DNA of 63,443 bases, the filler included, from Octopus bimaculoides (Eukaryota): the NCBI RefSeq assembly GCF_001194135.2. It is 5 parts of 4 records of this genome, joined end to end, with 100 filler letters (N's around TTAATTAATTAA, not from the genome) between each part and the next. Parts side by side here need not be neighbours in the genome. Positions count along the whole stretch, not along the records: positions 1 to 22,522 come from NC_068981.1; positions 22,623 to 38,115 come from NC_068983.1; 3 more parts are not named here. One strand, written 5' to 3'. Positions 14,578 through 28,260 of the stretch are shown here, piece by piece; position 1 is the first letter of the stretch; every line of letters begins with the position of its first letter. The notes under the pieces are model-generated. The model was given only the letters and a program-made list of their open reading frames with translations. It was not told where the DNA came from and did no database searches. A program made the translations under genes and the position numbers.

Positions 14578-14616
<39 letters not shown>

Positions 14617-14648
14617 CAATATCGAATGCACAAGTCATGCGTTTTGTC

Positions 14649-14774
14649 CTAGTTCGCGGGAAGGCTGCATTGAAAGGCGCAAGCGCACACTTGATGAACC
14701 TTGAGTTTAAACACCAGGTTCATGTAGAGATTATGTTCTCTTGCGCCCATGAGCGCAGCCTACCCATGAACTAG
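14649..14774. mobile_element. Degenerate foldback/MITE-like hairpin
   Basis: Three nested inverted segments: CTAGTTCGCGGGAAGGCTGC/GCAGCCTACCCATGAACTAG, GGCGCAAG/CTTGCGCC and ATGAACCT/AGGTTCAT. Confidence 0.55.
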
Positions 14775-16219
14775 CAAAGTACATGCCTTGTGTATGTGTG
14801 TCCGATCATTGTTTTTTCTCCTTCTAACTGCTTGCTTCTCCCAAATCAGCTTTTGGTTAGTCGGTTTATAACATCTTTATAAAATCTGGATGTCCAGTTA
14901 TTTGTTTTCTGAAATGCTTCAACTGGAAGCATCGCGCCCTTATTTCATATGCTAGGTCGAGACCCGCCACGTCTTTCCGTATTTTTCTGGTAACTAATAC
15001 AGTCGTGGTATATATTTCGCATAAACATGTTTGTTTTATGTTATTGTATTTTATCTCTGATTGTTGTCAAACAAAATGAATGTGTGGAGGGCTAAATATT
15101 ACGTGGGAGGGCTAAGAGTTTGTTATAGATTCGCTTAAATGTTATCTTAACGGAATCCGTTTCCTTAGTTCAATGTTATCTTCGAAAAAATCATTAGATT
15201 TAATAGCTTGGAATAGTAAAATATTTGTTTACAAACAGGTTAGATGAAATGATGAATAACATTGAAGATATGTCCTGGTTTAATGATGGTTGAACTTAGT
15301 CAAGTTTGGTAAAATCATACCTAGGAGTGAAAATCTAAATATCATTAAAAATTGGCTTTCATTGATTCCAGTAAAAATATCCTTACAGACACAAGGCCCT
15401 CCAAATTGCGTAATGAAATAATCAAGGATCCCACTGACAGTTTACCTTCTCCAAAACCTCTAACTTTCAGATTTATTAATGACAAATACACTTGCTGATG
15501 TCACGAGTGCATTAAGCTATTATCCTGAAGTTATCTATATATGAACTACCAGAACAGAACGAAATAACGAATGCATCAAAGTATAATGTGAGGCGTACCC
15601 TCATATTAATCTTTGTCTCAACACCTTGCAACATAAAAGTAATTCATCAGTTATACTTAAAGCAGATTTTATATATATAACATCTATTTATTGGAAGGGC
15701 ATAATGATGAAATTGAAATAAGGAATAAATAGTTTTGTTAAATAAACAAAATCCTTAATTGGAATAATTTTTTACATATATGCTTCAGGATGATTGTCAT
15801 TAACAAAGAATATCTACCAACATATACACATATATCTTCTACTCTAACTCGTTAAATAAATATCAGTAGCTTATCGGGATATAACATTAAAAGCTGTGCT
15901 GTGTGGCAGGTATATTGCTTTAATCTGTGAAATATTTATAGGTTAGACACTTGTGTGCTCAAGGTCTGGCTGTACTCCGTTACTAAATGCTATAGTCGAT
16001 GTCTCATTAGGCATTGACACAGTTCTGTTGGTGTTAATCTCATTCTACCGCGACACCAAAATATATTGCCTTCCATCCATTCTTTTCTCAAAGTCCCTGT
16101 GGAGAGGAAGGTAGGGAATAGTTACCTGTACCACATTTATCTCTTTCCATCCCTTTTATCACATGACAAAGACGAGTGTTTTGTTGCGAAACTGTAAGGA
16201 ATCAGATATGCTCTGAAGT

Positions 16220-16380
16220 TCAGGAGAAATTTCCTAAATAGCTTTCCAGTTTGTGTCCTACTTTACACTGCCTGGCTTGCCGCTTTCATAACTTCTGCAA
16301 ACATCGTCTCGTTTGCCACTAATTGTGATCTTCGGTATTGTTAATTCGCTTTATGTTTACCACCGCCGTATCACGCAGTA
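16220..16380 (-). mobile_element. Possible Gypsy integrase C-terminal remnant
   Basis: Minus strand gives ...KLFRKFLLNFRA, resembling the Gypsy FLLxYRATPH motif. It is very decayed. Confidence 0.3.
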
Positions 16381-18994
16381 TCTTAAATACTTGGTTATGA
16401 CATCATACGTAACTGTGCTCCAGACCGAGAGGGCATTTCGAGAGTGTAGGGAATCAGAATCACGAAGACTTCAGACAGAATGCATAAATTAATGTAAACA
16501 GGATGCATCCACGGCTTATGTCGTTTCAAATTTTGATGATTATCACGTCCTATGCGAATTCAAGGGTATGTATGGTAATTATGCTAATATTTGATTTGTA
16601 TTAATATAATGTAAAGTAGCAAAAAAATAAAGTAATGTGCTGTTAAGGAGCAACATTTATTGTCTAATGGTGATGCTTACTCGATTCTGTCAGAATGATA
16701 TATGCTAAAATTGTAAACAATCGAATTGAAAAGAATCTACGAGCTAAAGGAATTCTTAACCAAAAAAGTGAAATGTCGTATTAATTTCAAAACACAGAAT
16801 GATATAAACGGATGGCGGCCATAGAAAAGAGAGACAATGACAACCTAACAAAGGTTATAGTTGCTGTCAAACGGGCGTGTGTAAAAACCATTATTTATGA
16901 AAACAATATCCTCATATTTCTAACTATTGAAAAGAGTAGACAATGTCCATAAATATCCTTAATTAAAGACAAACATCTCGTATTACATTGTTACGGAAAA
17001 TAAGGTCAACATTAACAAATAAATATTCTAGTTACTCTAAGGGACGGGCAAATTCATAAAGTATGAAAGATTTACGATATAAACATTCTTGTTTGGAAAA
17101 AAATCCTTTTACACCATTGCATGGAATAATTACTAGCAAATTTCACTTACTGCGTAACAACTTTATCATTATATCACTCTAATAAAGTTCTATCAATTGA
17201 TATCAATTACTGAGCTTCATAAAAATAATGAAAACTTTTATGATGGGGACTAACATAACAGCGAAATGATGTATAACGTTCAGACTTAAGAAAGGAATTA
17301 TAATTGAGAGACATTAACATATATTGGGTTATTCTCCTTCACATACATCAAACACTATAGGAGATATATTTTCAAAAGTAAGTTGTAATTGAATATCCAT
17401 AATGTTACCTACACTATCAGTATCGCATATATATTATAAACCGAAGACATGGGTATGGAGTCACAGCAGGCACAAAATAATTGATGAAATGAAAGAAATT
17501 ATTACATCTCGATATAAATGTCTTAATCTGTCGCTGCTTTATGTAACGATAGCTTTCAAAAGGGGAATGCTTGTATGGGAATGTTGGCTAAATATTAAGG
17601 GAACTAATTCTAGGGAAGCTTATAACATATGTCATTCATAGAAAAACTATTTCATATGTCGTGGTAGTTTTACTTTGTGCAATACTTCAATACAGAAAAA
17701 AAGAGTTAATTTAGAGTACACACTTAATGTGAATGAATCATAGCTAGGAAGATTAGAGGGACAGTTCCATTTCATATACCATATAGGAAAACATTAATAC
17801 AGTCCCCTAAAAGTTTTTAAATTCTCATAACAAGACGAATTTCCCTAAGGAATTGAACAGTTATCTGAAAATATGAAGTAAGAAAAACATACCCTAGCTT
17901 AGCACGGAACTTACAATAGACTGATAGGTAGACGAATATATTTAACAGTATTGTGTCAACACGAGATTCCTTGACCACAATCAAATAATGCATCTGGCGG
18001 ACGCTCCAATCCCACACCTTAATACATTTTAACATCTAACCTAAATAGGTACTGTCTGCACTTTGTTGCCTTTTCTTATACCCCAAGATATTGTTAGAAT
18101 TACTTCTATTATACTTACACTTATTTAAAAACATAATTCAAAAAATATTGGAATTACCTAGCTACATAAGAATTGTCTTTTCTATGCGTTTATTATTGAT
18201 ATTTTCTCAGCGTGACCTATGAATCCATGATGGTATATAGCCTAACACCTTTTACAAAGGTTGTATACGTACAGTTGAGTATGCGTAACATATACGTAGC
18301 TCTACGCAGAATTGTTTAAATGCATTAAAAGAACTTCTCGGAATGGAATATGAATTAAAGTACTTGTCTCTGTCATACATCCACGCGAGTGCTGAAAACA
18401 AAGTTGAAAAGGTGTTGGAAAATTATTATTTTTAGAATCTATAAATTAATATTTTATTCCTTTGCACAAGGTAAGGAATAACAAATATGCTGGAACATTT
18501 CTCAGAATAACATAGATCTAATAACTATAGAACTAGTATGAACTAGCTCTATAGATATTATATTACGATCAAACTATTCTAGATGTGAATTGTGTATGAT
18601 ATTATTTCTTCTACAATAGTATAACTTCTTTTGTGATAAATATATTCAATACACTGTCTCACATATAAGAGTCAAGTTTTTTTGCAAGCTGAAATTTTGT
18701 ACGAAATGCATTAAAAAATATCTTTCTTGAAATATTCTTTTTCTATTCTACAAAATGTATATGGAATTAGATATAAAATGATATGAAATATGCGATTAAA
18801 TACATTGTAATGTAACACTTTTAAGAATGAGATAAATACTTTCTCACGCTAGTACCGCGTCACCGTTTATTCGTTATACATTTCCTTGCATTGTTTTAAC
18901 ACGCAACAAGAAAAGATATACATGGATTCAGCAATGGTAGTATTATACTTCACAAAGTATTTTCTATCTTACTGAACATCTCTTTATGAGAATT

Positions 18995-19021
18995 AAAACA
19001 CAGAAGCACACATACAAACAT

Positions 19022-19063
<42 letters not shown>

Positions 19064-19195
19064 ACACACACACACATATACACACACATATACACACACG
19101 TACACACGTACGCATGCACACACACGCAAACTCACTCACACACATTCACACACATACACACATACACATATACATGCATGTGTATATGCAACTTA
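18995..19195. repeat. (CA)n/(CATA)n low-complexity tract
   Basis: Direct reading. Confidence 0.9.
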
Positions 19196-19524
19196 TGTAT
19201 GTTTATATGTATCAATATATATACGTATATTGAAAAAAATTTGTACAAATACATTTATACGCATGCATGTTTTAATGCACTGATGGTATATCGTTTGGTG
19301 TGCGTTCTATGTAGCAAAATGATCTTACAGATAAACAAGGTAGAGTTATATCAACATAAAAAAAACAACACAAATATTGGTAGGAAGAAAAAGTTGCATA
19401 GCAAAATAGATGCGTAAATGATATGTCAGATTATGTATAAAAATGTGCGTATTAACATTATGTATTGCTGTTAATATCTTCTTTGCTTCTGTAGCATAAA
19501 CGAAATGTGAGCAACGACCATGCA

Positions 19525-19660
19525 GTGTATGTATGTATGTATGTATGTATGTATGTATGTATGTATGTGCGTATGTATGTATGTACGTATGTATGTGTGT
19601 ATGTGTGTGTATGTATGTATGTATGTATGTGTGTAGATATGTATGTATGTATGTATATAT
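19525..19660. repeat. (GTAT)n microsatellite
   Basis: Direct reading. Confidence 0.95.
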
Positions 19661-22069
19661 ATTGTTGTAAGTAACTTGTTTGTGTCTGTGGAATAAAAGA
19701 AATGTAGAAATTTTCTTTTCTTTTCTTTTACTTCTTTGACAAATGAGGTAATGATTAATAACATATATATTTGAATCTACTCACAAATTCGTGTCACTGC
19801 ATTGAAATGAATTAGAAAAGCGTATTATCTTTATCACTGTAATTAAAATTCTTACACTACTTAGTCGATCCGTTAGAAATTTGTTTCCTCAATAGACTTT
19901 TAAAATCTAATTGGATCGTCTGTTTCATGATCGGCCTTAAGTAGTGATTGGTAACTTGGCAGATAATCATCTATAAGTCAGACACTAATATAGTTTCTTC
20001 GAAATCTTCGTTGCCTTAATTATTCCAGTAAAACAACCGTCGGCATTTAGATACACTTTCAAATGTTATAATCACTACCGCTTCAGTTGAAAACTGTAAA
20101 GTATATCATGTTCACCCATCATACAATTATCGATGATTCACTGATAAACGTTTAGTTTAACTTGAAATAGACGCAGTATATTATATATTTATATAACTAT
20201 ATAAGGATTTACTGTTATCTTGTACACATAATATCATGAGTTTATCACAGGCGATTTTCGCCTATAAAACAGCCAGTTATTGGATGCCGTCATTCTCATT
20301 TCTTTTGGTTCGTTTCTGAAATCTGTTTAGATTCTTAACATAATATATTTTCATGATGCAAACTCATACATTCTGAAAAGAAAGTGAACTTCTTATAATT
20401 TGATATTTTGACTTAAAGAAAAATAATGAAATAATTTCAAAATATAATAATTTCAAAAACCTATGATTTTAAGGTGAGAAATATTTAATAGATACATGCG
20501 ATATACGTTTTTGAAAATATAGACTGTGATTTCGGGTCATAGCACATGTTGAACGAACAAGTAGAAGTTGCTGAAATGAATAGTATCGGTTGGATATCAT
20601 ATGTCTATAAAAGTTGTATCTTAAAGAAACCTGAGGTCTAAAATGTTGCACTTAACAGCAACACAACACCAATAAAAGGAATAAGGTCGAAACAGGAATG
20701 GTTACACAGAAGACTGACCCCTAGGTCTGCATGAAAACAAAACGATTTGTGATTTGTCTCGGTATACTGCTCTAACAAACGCCAAGATATTTATATTAAT
20801 TGGAAGCTTTAATAAATTTTGTAAGAGACAACTGGTACAGCGACTAATTAACAGACAAGTGTAAGACGAAATAAATATCTCTCACTAAATTCATATTTTA
20901 AACTTAATTGGTCATCATTGTATAACTTATGTTCATACACTTCTAAGATATCCTAGTGTGTTTGTCTATCAGACGAAGATCGTATATGATAGTGGAATTG
21001 TTTATTGTGATCCGATTAGTTTCAATGGCTTTACTACCGCAAGTAAATAATAAAACACATTCTATTGATGTATTCTGAGAATATACGAATATAACTATGG
21101 ATTCTAGTTTAAATGATTTATTATTTCAATACCGTTCTTTAGTATTTGCAATAAATACATCCTGTTTGCAGACGAAGAACATAGTTCAGACTACGCTATT
21201 GTGTTATGTGAATATCTATAAACATAATTCTGAATTCCAAAGGTACTCTTTTCACTCATGCGATTTGTAGAAAAACAGTGAGACGAATATTTTTCTCACA
21301 TGCACGTGCTTCAGGTTTTGCCAATTGCTATTATAACATTTCTTAATACACTTGTAGTATATTCAATACGTAGGAGTAAGTATCCCTAACGTTCTAAAAA
21401 TATCAGTCTAAAGAAATATCAGTCTAAAGATGAGGGGAAACCATGGTCTCATGCTCGAAAACATATAAGAGGTTAAAATACTTTCTTAGTGCTAATAGAA
21501 GATTAAAATATTTTCACACAATGCTGTTTCTTCAAAAAATACAAGTTAAGCGAGTGTCATAGCCGAAACTAAGCCGTTTCATATATCAGACGTTTATTCA
21601 AAATAATAACTTTGGTGTATCACGATACATTATATCACTTCAGATCAGATTTAGCTTAATTTGGATGTATAGGTTTACATGCTACTGAAGCGGCAAGTAT
21701 ATCTTGCATCCTACTGCGCATTAAAAATTTCTATACTCTGAGTCATTTACTTTTATTACATTGACCAAGTTTCACAAACATACTAGAGTGTATTGCACTA
21801 TTCACTACCAAGCCATTATACCTCAAACCATTTCTAATTTTTTTTCTAATCGGTATTACTTGCATAAATACATTGGAAAATAACCACCTTCGCTCATTTA
21901 GGATGTCGTTTCAGGGATTTCCCACGTGAAATAAATATTACATGGATACGTCATATAACCGTTTCGTTTTATAGTTTCGGACCGAAATATCACACTGCAA
22001 TCGGAAATTACGACATAGTGACTGTTCTTGTTGCATATACCTCCACTGAAGTCACTATCAATTGTGATA

Positions 22070-22522
22070 CGTAACTAGCTTATCTAAGCGTAACTAGCTT
22101 ATCTAAACGTAACTAGCTTATCTAAATGTAACTAGCTTATCAAAACGTAACTAGCTTATCTAAACGTAACTAGCTTATCTAAGCATAACTAGCTTATCTA
22201 AACGTAAAGAGCTTATGTAAACGTAACTAGCTTATCTAAGCGTAACTAGCTTATCTAAACGTAACTAGCTAATCTAAACGTAACTAGCTTATCTAAGCAT
22301 AACTAGCTTATCTAAACGTAAATAGCTTATCTATACGTAACTAGCTTATCTAAGCGTAACTAGCTTATCTAAACGTAACTAGCTTATCTAAACGTAACTA
22401 GCTTATCTAAACGTAACTAGCTTATCTAAATGTAACTAGCTTATCTAAGCGTAACTAGGTTATCTAAACGTAACTAGCTTATCTAAGCGTAACTAGCTTA
22501 TCTAAACGTAACTAGCTTATCA
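22070..22522. repeat. 19-bp minisatellite (ACGTAACTAGCTTATCTAA)n, about 24 copies, running into a gap
   Basis: Tandem units with A/G variants at one position and few other substitutions. Confidence 0.95.
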
Positions 22523-22622
22523 NNNNNNNNNNNNNNNNNNNNNNNNNNNNNNNNNNNNNNNNNNNNTTAATTAATTAANNNNNNNNNNNNNNNNNNNNNN
22601 NNNNNNNNNNNNNNNNNNNNNN
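22523..22622. other. 100-bp scaffolding placeholder (44 N, TTAATTAATTAA, 44 N)
   Basis: The same 12-mer recurs inside N runs at 22567, 38160, 50017 and 57125. Confidence 0.9.
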
Positions 22623-22701
22623 GGGAAGGCATTCAACCAGAAGTTAGGAATTGTATCCTTTCCTGGAGACTTCCATTTGCTTGACCTCTTGAGAGCAGAT
22701 C

Positions 22702-22761
<60 letters not shown>
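22702..22761. repeat. (TTA)n microsatellite
   Basis: Direct reading. Confidence 0.95.
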
Positions 22762-22764
<3 letters not shown>

Positions 22765-22780
22765 CGGTGTTATTATTACT

Positions 22781-23120
22781 TGTTTACTGCAGTGCTTGGA
22801 AGAAAGGTGTGTAGCGTGTGATTATCGCATTAACAATGACCGAGAACGTTCTGGGAGACCCAGAACCAGCAGAACTGGGGGAAACATCGCAGATATGCTG
22901 CAGATGTGAGGGGAATCGTCAAATCACCATCCGAGAGTTATCAGAGGATGTGCACATCAGTCACAGTTTAGTTCAGTCCATTATCACTAAACATTTTGCT
23001 ATGAGAGGCTTGTCTGCCAAATTTGTGCCAAGACTGCTTTCAGCTGACCAAAGAGTCACTCGGATTTCAGTTGCACAAAATCCTGATCTTGTCGAAAACG
23101 GTGGTAACTTTTCAAAACTT
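22781..23120 (+). mobile_element. Mariner fossil (5' region plus transposase fragment)
   Basis: ORF 22818-23168 contains RQITIRELSEDVHISHSLVQSIITKHFAMRGLSAKFVPRLLSADQ, the mariner HTH and WVPREL-equivalent motif. Confidence 0.85.
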
Positions 23121-23159
23121 TGCGTAAACCTCTCAGCCGGCATCGCTAATATTTTTTTC

Positions 23160-23397
23160 AAAATGTGATGCAAAGTTTCTGGTCAACTTGCCCTGTCATG
23201 TTCAATGTGACTTTCACACGCTACACAGCTTCCTCCCGAGCAATGCTGTAAGCAACGGAAGTGAACTAGAACGTTAAAACGTAGTGTGCAAGCGCAGCTG
23301 AGCTCAAGGTCAATCTGTGCCAAACGACTTCTCCCTGCGTTGTTCACTTTCGTTACTGTGGCAAGAGCCCGGGTACGTATTGATGAGACTACATATG
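23160..23397 (-). mobile_element. Second mariner 5' end of the same family, inverted
   Basis: The reverse complement of 23185-23255 matches 22781-22845 (TGTGTAGCGTGTGA...CATTGA/AACATGAC). It continues into a TIR-like ATCAATACGTACCCGG. Confidence 0.65.
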
Positions 23398-23489
23398 TGC
23401 TCGACATGGTGATATCATATCAACATAAACAGATCATGACCTTGCAGATGTCACCCATCCAACTAAAACAGATTCTCGAGTGAGGGTCG

Positions 23490-23760
23490 CCTGAGGATGT
23501 TGATTGAAACACCCATGTTTTGCATAGGTGAATTAGTCAAACTCCAAATCATGGCTAAGATGATCCCCCACTACTTCTGCCCATGATCATACAGGCGCAT
23601 ATTGCCAGCCACTAAGGGACATACTCAACTGGTAAAGGCCAAACAATTAACAACCAAACTGTGGTGTTGAGTCCACTTTTTATACCAAGGCAAAACAACT
23701 TACATTATTGAACTTCTATTCAATTAGGATCAGAAGCCATGAGAGCTACTTACTGGTACT
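23490..23760 (-). mobile_element. 5' half of the (TAA)n-associated ~550-bp repeat (family C)
   Basis: The reverse complement matches 50160-50455 and abuts the (TTA)n tract at 23760-23885. Confidence 0.75.
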
Positions 23761-23800
23761 ATTATCATCATTATTATTTTTGTTGTTGTTATTATTATTA

Positions 23801-23873
<73 letters not shown>

Positions 23874-23887
23874 CATCATTATTTTAT

Positions 23888-24245
23888 TCTACCACTTGTT
23901 TCAGTCTTTTGACTGCTGTCATGCTGGTGCACCAGCTTTAGTAGAACATGTAAACCACAGGACTTTTTCTTTGCAAGCCTAGTACTTATCGGATTCTTTT
24001 GCCGAACTGCTAAGTTACGGGGACATAAACGCACCAACATATTTTGCCAGGCGATGGTGTGGAGATAGACAGGGACACAGAAATATATATGTTTGTGTGC
24101 GTGTGTGTATGTGGGCACATGTGTGTGTATGCAACGAATTCTTTCAATTTCCATCTACCAGTTCCACTCACAACGATAGAGTATAGGGCAACTACGCAGT
24201 GGCTCTGTACCCGGAACCATGTGTTACCACACAGCCACCCCTGCA
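23888..24245 (-). mobile_element. Composite CORE-like SINE (family B), near full length
   Basis: GGGTGGCTGTGTGGTAA head, TTGTGAGTGGA..TGGTAGATGGAAA segment, internal (CA/TA) tract, and CCCCGTAACTTAGCAGTTCGGCAAAA...GACTGAAACAAGT tail. Confidence 0.8.
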
Positions 24246-24892
24246 CCTATGTATACATATATATATGTATATATATATATATATANNNNNNNNNNNNNNN
24301 NNNNNNNNNNNNNNNNNNNNNNNNNNNNNNNNNNNNNNNNNNNNNNNNNNNNNNNNNNNNNNNNNNNNNNNNNNNNNNNNNNNNNNNNNNNNNNNNNNNN
24401 NNNNNNNNNNNNNNNNNNNNNNNNNNNNNNNNNNNNNNNNNNNNNNNNNNNNNNNNNATATATATATAATTAACATATAACGATAGTAAAGTGAAAATAG
24501 GTATATTGCATTATGCAGAAAGCTGGCTATTCAAAGTTTACCTCCGGACTGAGTATATGTATGTGTGGTGTTAAGTCTGCCTTGCAATTTCAATGAGATG
24601 AGCTTATAGTGATTTAAATGATTGGCTAGGAATGTGTGTTATGAACGTGCACAAGAACGCGCAGGATTTGCCTTCACTGGAGAACGTCATGCTCGCTCCG
24701 ACGTCTGCGACACTGTCTAAAGTGCGGTAAAAATCAACTTTATTTACAGGTGACGTTAATGGAATTTTCGGGAACGTCTACAGTAGCTATCACCTGAAAA
24801 ACAGCCGCTGATTGCACAGAAACTGGGCTGCGCAGATCATCAAAATTAGTTTAACTTAAGGCTTGAAATTCATATGCAGCAAACGCATACAA

Positions 24893-25108
24893 GTATGTCG
24901 GTTTCCAAATTTGGCACAAGGCCAGGAATTTTAGTGGAGGGATAAGTCAGTTGCATCGATCTCAATGCTCAACTGGTACATATATAATTGACTTCAAATG
25001 ATGAAATACACAATCGACCTCGGTAAAATCTGAACTCAGGACGTAAAGATGGATGAGATGCCGCTAAGCATTGTATCCGTGATAAAGATTCGGCCAGCTC
25101 GTCACCTT
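24893..25108 (-). mobile_element. SINE family A, diverged
   Basis: TCGACCTCGGTAAAATCTGAACTCAG and GCCGCTAAGCATT match the family A reverse complement. Confidence 0.75.
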
Positions 25109-25254
25109 CCAGTGCTATAAATATATATAAATGTATTTCGATGTCCTCCAATAATGAGGATGCATTTACACACAATGGAAACACTATAGCTATGCATTAT
25201 CAGAAGGTGCGTTGTGGGCTTTGTGCCAAAATTCGAAACCAAACGTGGCGTACT

Positions 25255-25350
25255 GCCAAAATCTTTTGCACGCCGGTCTAAATGTTTAGCGGCATTTCGA
25301 TCATCTTTATGTTCTGAGTTCAAATTGCACCATCGTCAAATTTTGCTTAT
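25255..25350 (+). mobile_element. SINE family A head fragment
   Basis: TTAGCGGCATTTCGATCATCTTTATGTTCTGAGTTCAAAT. Confidence 0.65.
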
Positions 25351-28124
25351 TGCAGAAGACACTATTATGAAAAAGCATATGTAAATAATAGAAAGGCTTA
25401 ATCAAGAATAATATATTGAATAACGCAACACTTGCAACATTACTAGTATTCCCAGGAAATTATTTGCCACACCTGATAAATATATCCCACCTTGAAGTAA
25501 GCATGCACTCAAATGTTCTATCATATGAACTTAATTTTATATATGGTTTAATGCATGCTCAGAAGTAAAATAGAAGCTATTCATATAATGCGGATGACCC
25601 ATGGAACTGATTCAATAAATTGATTGTATTTGTAGCTGCATCAAAACTTCATCATTTTTACCTGAATCTAATGTTATTGGAAACACCTATGATTAACATT
25701 GAATGGAAATCGGTGCATAAATGTATATATATATTGTACGTCCCACAGATTAATGGCACAATGATTAATGTCATAGCTGTGACACATCATTGCTGGGCGT
25801 AAGTCGAATGTGGAGTTTGTGTCTCAGAGAAATTATCTAAGAAGTGACTGTTTATGTATCACATGCAAAGGAATAGACGTCGGTAGTTAGAAAATATTAG
25901 AAGCGTAGACGGATGGAATTATAATAATGTCAAATCACACATTACTGCTAGCATCACCTAGCAGTAAAACAAATATGGAGATGGTTCGTTGCGTTAGTCG
26001 ATTTCATAGATCAGAGCACTACAGAGATATTAATTTTTATCGCTCGTTTGGGTAAGACAGAACGCGGCTAGGTGTAGAATGTCTCCTTCACCGATCTGTC
26101 GTTATATAGCAGTCGGAACATAGACTACAACGATGATAACGACACCCAAAGCGTATGAAATATTCACCGACATTATACGCTCGAAAACAAGCAATCTGCC
26201 ACGATAATTGCTGTCACACCACCGGGCCAACAATCCGTGCCCCCAGATACGTTGTAGGTGTAACTACCCGTTGAGATATCGCCCTCCTTTGCCGATGAAC
26301 TTCTGGTAAGTCCACCACCGTTGAAACCACCAAAGGCAGGGTACCAATGATATTAGGAGCAGACTATTATCATCCTTCAGAGGCCCCCACCCGAATAGGC
26401 CGCTGCGAATTAAACCAAGGTCTCCTACTCTTGTTGGTTGTAAGACGTGGACACCTTTCGCATCACGAACTTTCACAGGATTATTGGTTGTCACCAGTCG
26501 GATATCTTATACGAGCAACTAATCAGTTCAGAAACTAGGATGCGTCCTGTAGTATGATTTGCAATCAGCAGCTCAGACTTATTGCCGGTGTTGCTCGATT
26601 TTCTGAGTTGGACTCTGCTAAAACTGTTCTTTTTCCTATGGATTCAGCTGGGTTGATGGCACGTGTTAAATGACCAAATGTGACATAGCAACGGCAGAAA
26701 AGGAGATATATCAAGGAGGTGAGGACTGAGTGGATTGCAGCTCGACGGGTTGGCTGGGACAGCCCAGACTATGCCGGCAAATGGCAAATGCACCAATGCG
26801 CTGCAATGGCAAATGACCGTGGGTAAAAAACAAATTTGGCAGAGACGGAATTTGAACACATGGTTGTAGAAGCGAGAACATATGCTTCAAAGTATGTCAT
26901 CCTGCATAATTAAACGACACAGTGATTCCCAACCTGTAAAGTCTGTTATAAATTTCAATGAGCCATTCAAGTTCCCCAACTCAACAACCATAAATTATTC
27001 TTGGAAAGTGACTTCATTTTCTGTTGCTCCAGTTCGATCAAGTAGACGTGAGTTGCGTTGTCTGCTATGTGCACCGCGAATATTTTTAGCCACAAAGACG
27101 GAAAATACAAGGTGTCATGTGTCATTTGATGAGGGTTCTAAAACCACATTATAGAGAATAGCTATTTTGCGTCCCCTCGCCTTACGTATTGATATAACGT
27201 CCAACGAATCCGATAATAATGGGTGAATATAATATTCACCAAGTTCGATTTCTGATTAACTGGATAATTTTCTTTAACTAATCTTGACCTACCCAAAACA
27301 AGTCATTCGCAGGTCAAAATTCCCACCATCAGAATGTAGAAAGTTCTCACTTCCGTCGAATCTTTCCACTTGGTGCACAGTCTTCTTTGCCTCTACCCCT
27401 TACCCATTTTTCCCTGAAAGAAAATATAACCATACATTTCAGGGCTAGTAGTCTGTTCCTAAAAGTAAATTTTGTGAAACTGCTTCCACAAGTTCCCCTG
27501 CCAGTAGACCTATTTCTCCTGTCACTATATTGAACTGTAAACAGTAGATAGTTTACAGTAATTACAATATGCGTATAAGCAGAAAAGAATAGTGTAATTA
27601 ATCACGAACAGTCCGTAATACAGAGATCAAAAGTCAGTTTGTCTCCATTACGTTCATTATTATTATGCGATTCATGTATTTACGCTTACAATCCAATGTC
27701 ATATATTACTTTAGCTGTATTCTTTTCTATTGCATGTAATCTATATCTATTGAAACATTCATTTCGCAAGTAAATGATACTTGCTTCGTTTTAATAATCA
27801 GCAAATCTCGCCATAATATAAATTCGGAAAAACCCTTCAGAGAGTCAGTTAGTATACGGAACCTATCTGGAAGTCTGCAGGCAGACAATTGTAAGTTTGA
27901 GTATTAGACTTAATCCATTACCAAATTTAACACAGTTATGTGTCTTTAGTTGCGTGCAGTATGCTACAAGTATTTTGGCCAGAGCACTTGAGTGTGCGCA
28001 ACTGCTCCCTTCTCTGGCAAATGTAAGTAACATCGTGACATAGATCATAAACACTGTTGCTCTTATTGAAACAAATTTATAACGTTCACAGTCCTGACTG
28101 TGTGGTAGGAAATTTGATTCATAG

Positions 28125-28260
28125 ATACATGTTTCTGGCTTGAACCCCACTGTATGGTACTTTGTGTAAGTAGGCATCAGGACTGAACAAAGTCTTCTGA
28201 GTCGACTTGGAAGATGAAAACAGAAAGAAGCCCATTGTATATGTATGTGTGCGTGTGTGT
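28125..28260 (+). mobile_element. SINE family B fragment, diverged
   Basis: ACATGTTTCTGGCTTGAACCCCACTG...AAACAGAAAGAAGCCC followed by a (TG)-rich tract. Confidence 0.55.

Noticed and set aside
22070-22522. CRISPR-like array
   Set aside because: The units are head-to-tail with no unique spacers, and the context is eukaryotic.
22567-22578. TTAATTAATTAA islands inside N runs (also 38160, 50017, 57125)
   Set aside because: Each is an identical 12-mer centred in a 100-bp gap and encodes stops in all six frames; this is a scaffolding placeholder, not biology.
24745-24860. Candidate exon after TTTATTTACAG
   Set aside because: No recognisable protein similarity, no clear donor site and no partner exons.
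25900-26900. LTR-retrotransposon integrase in a higher-GC block
   Set aside because: Only a vague TSYNQQ resemblance; no convincing DDE motifs in manual translation.
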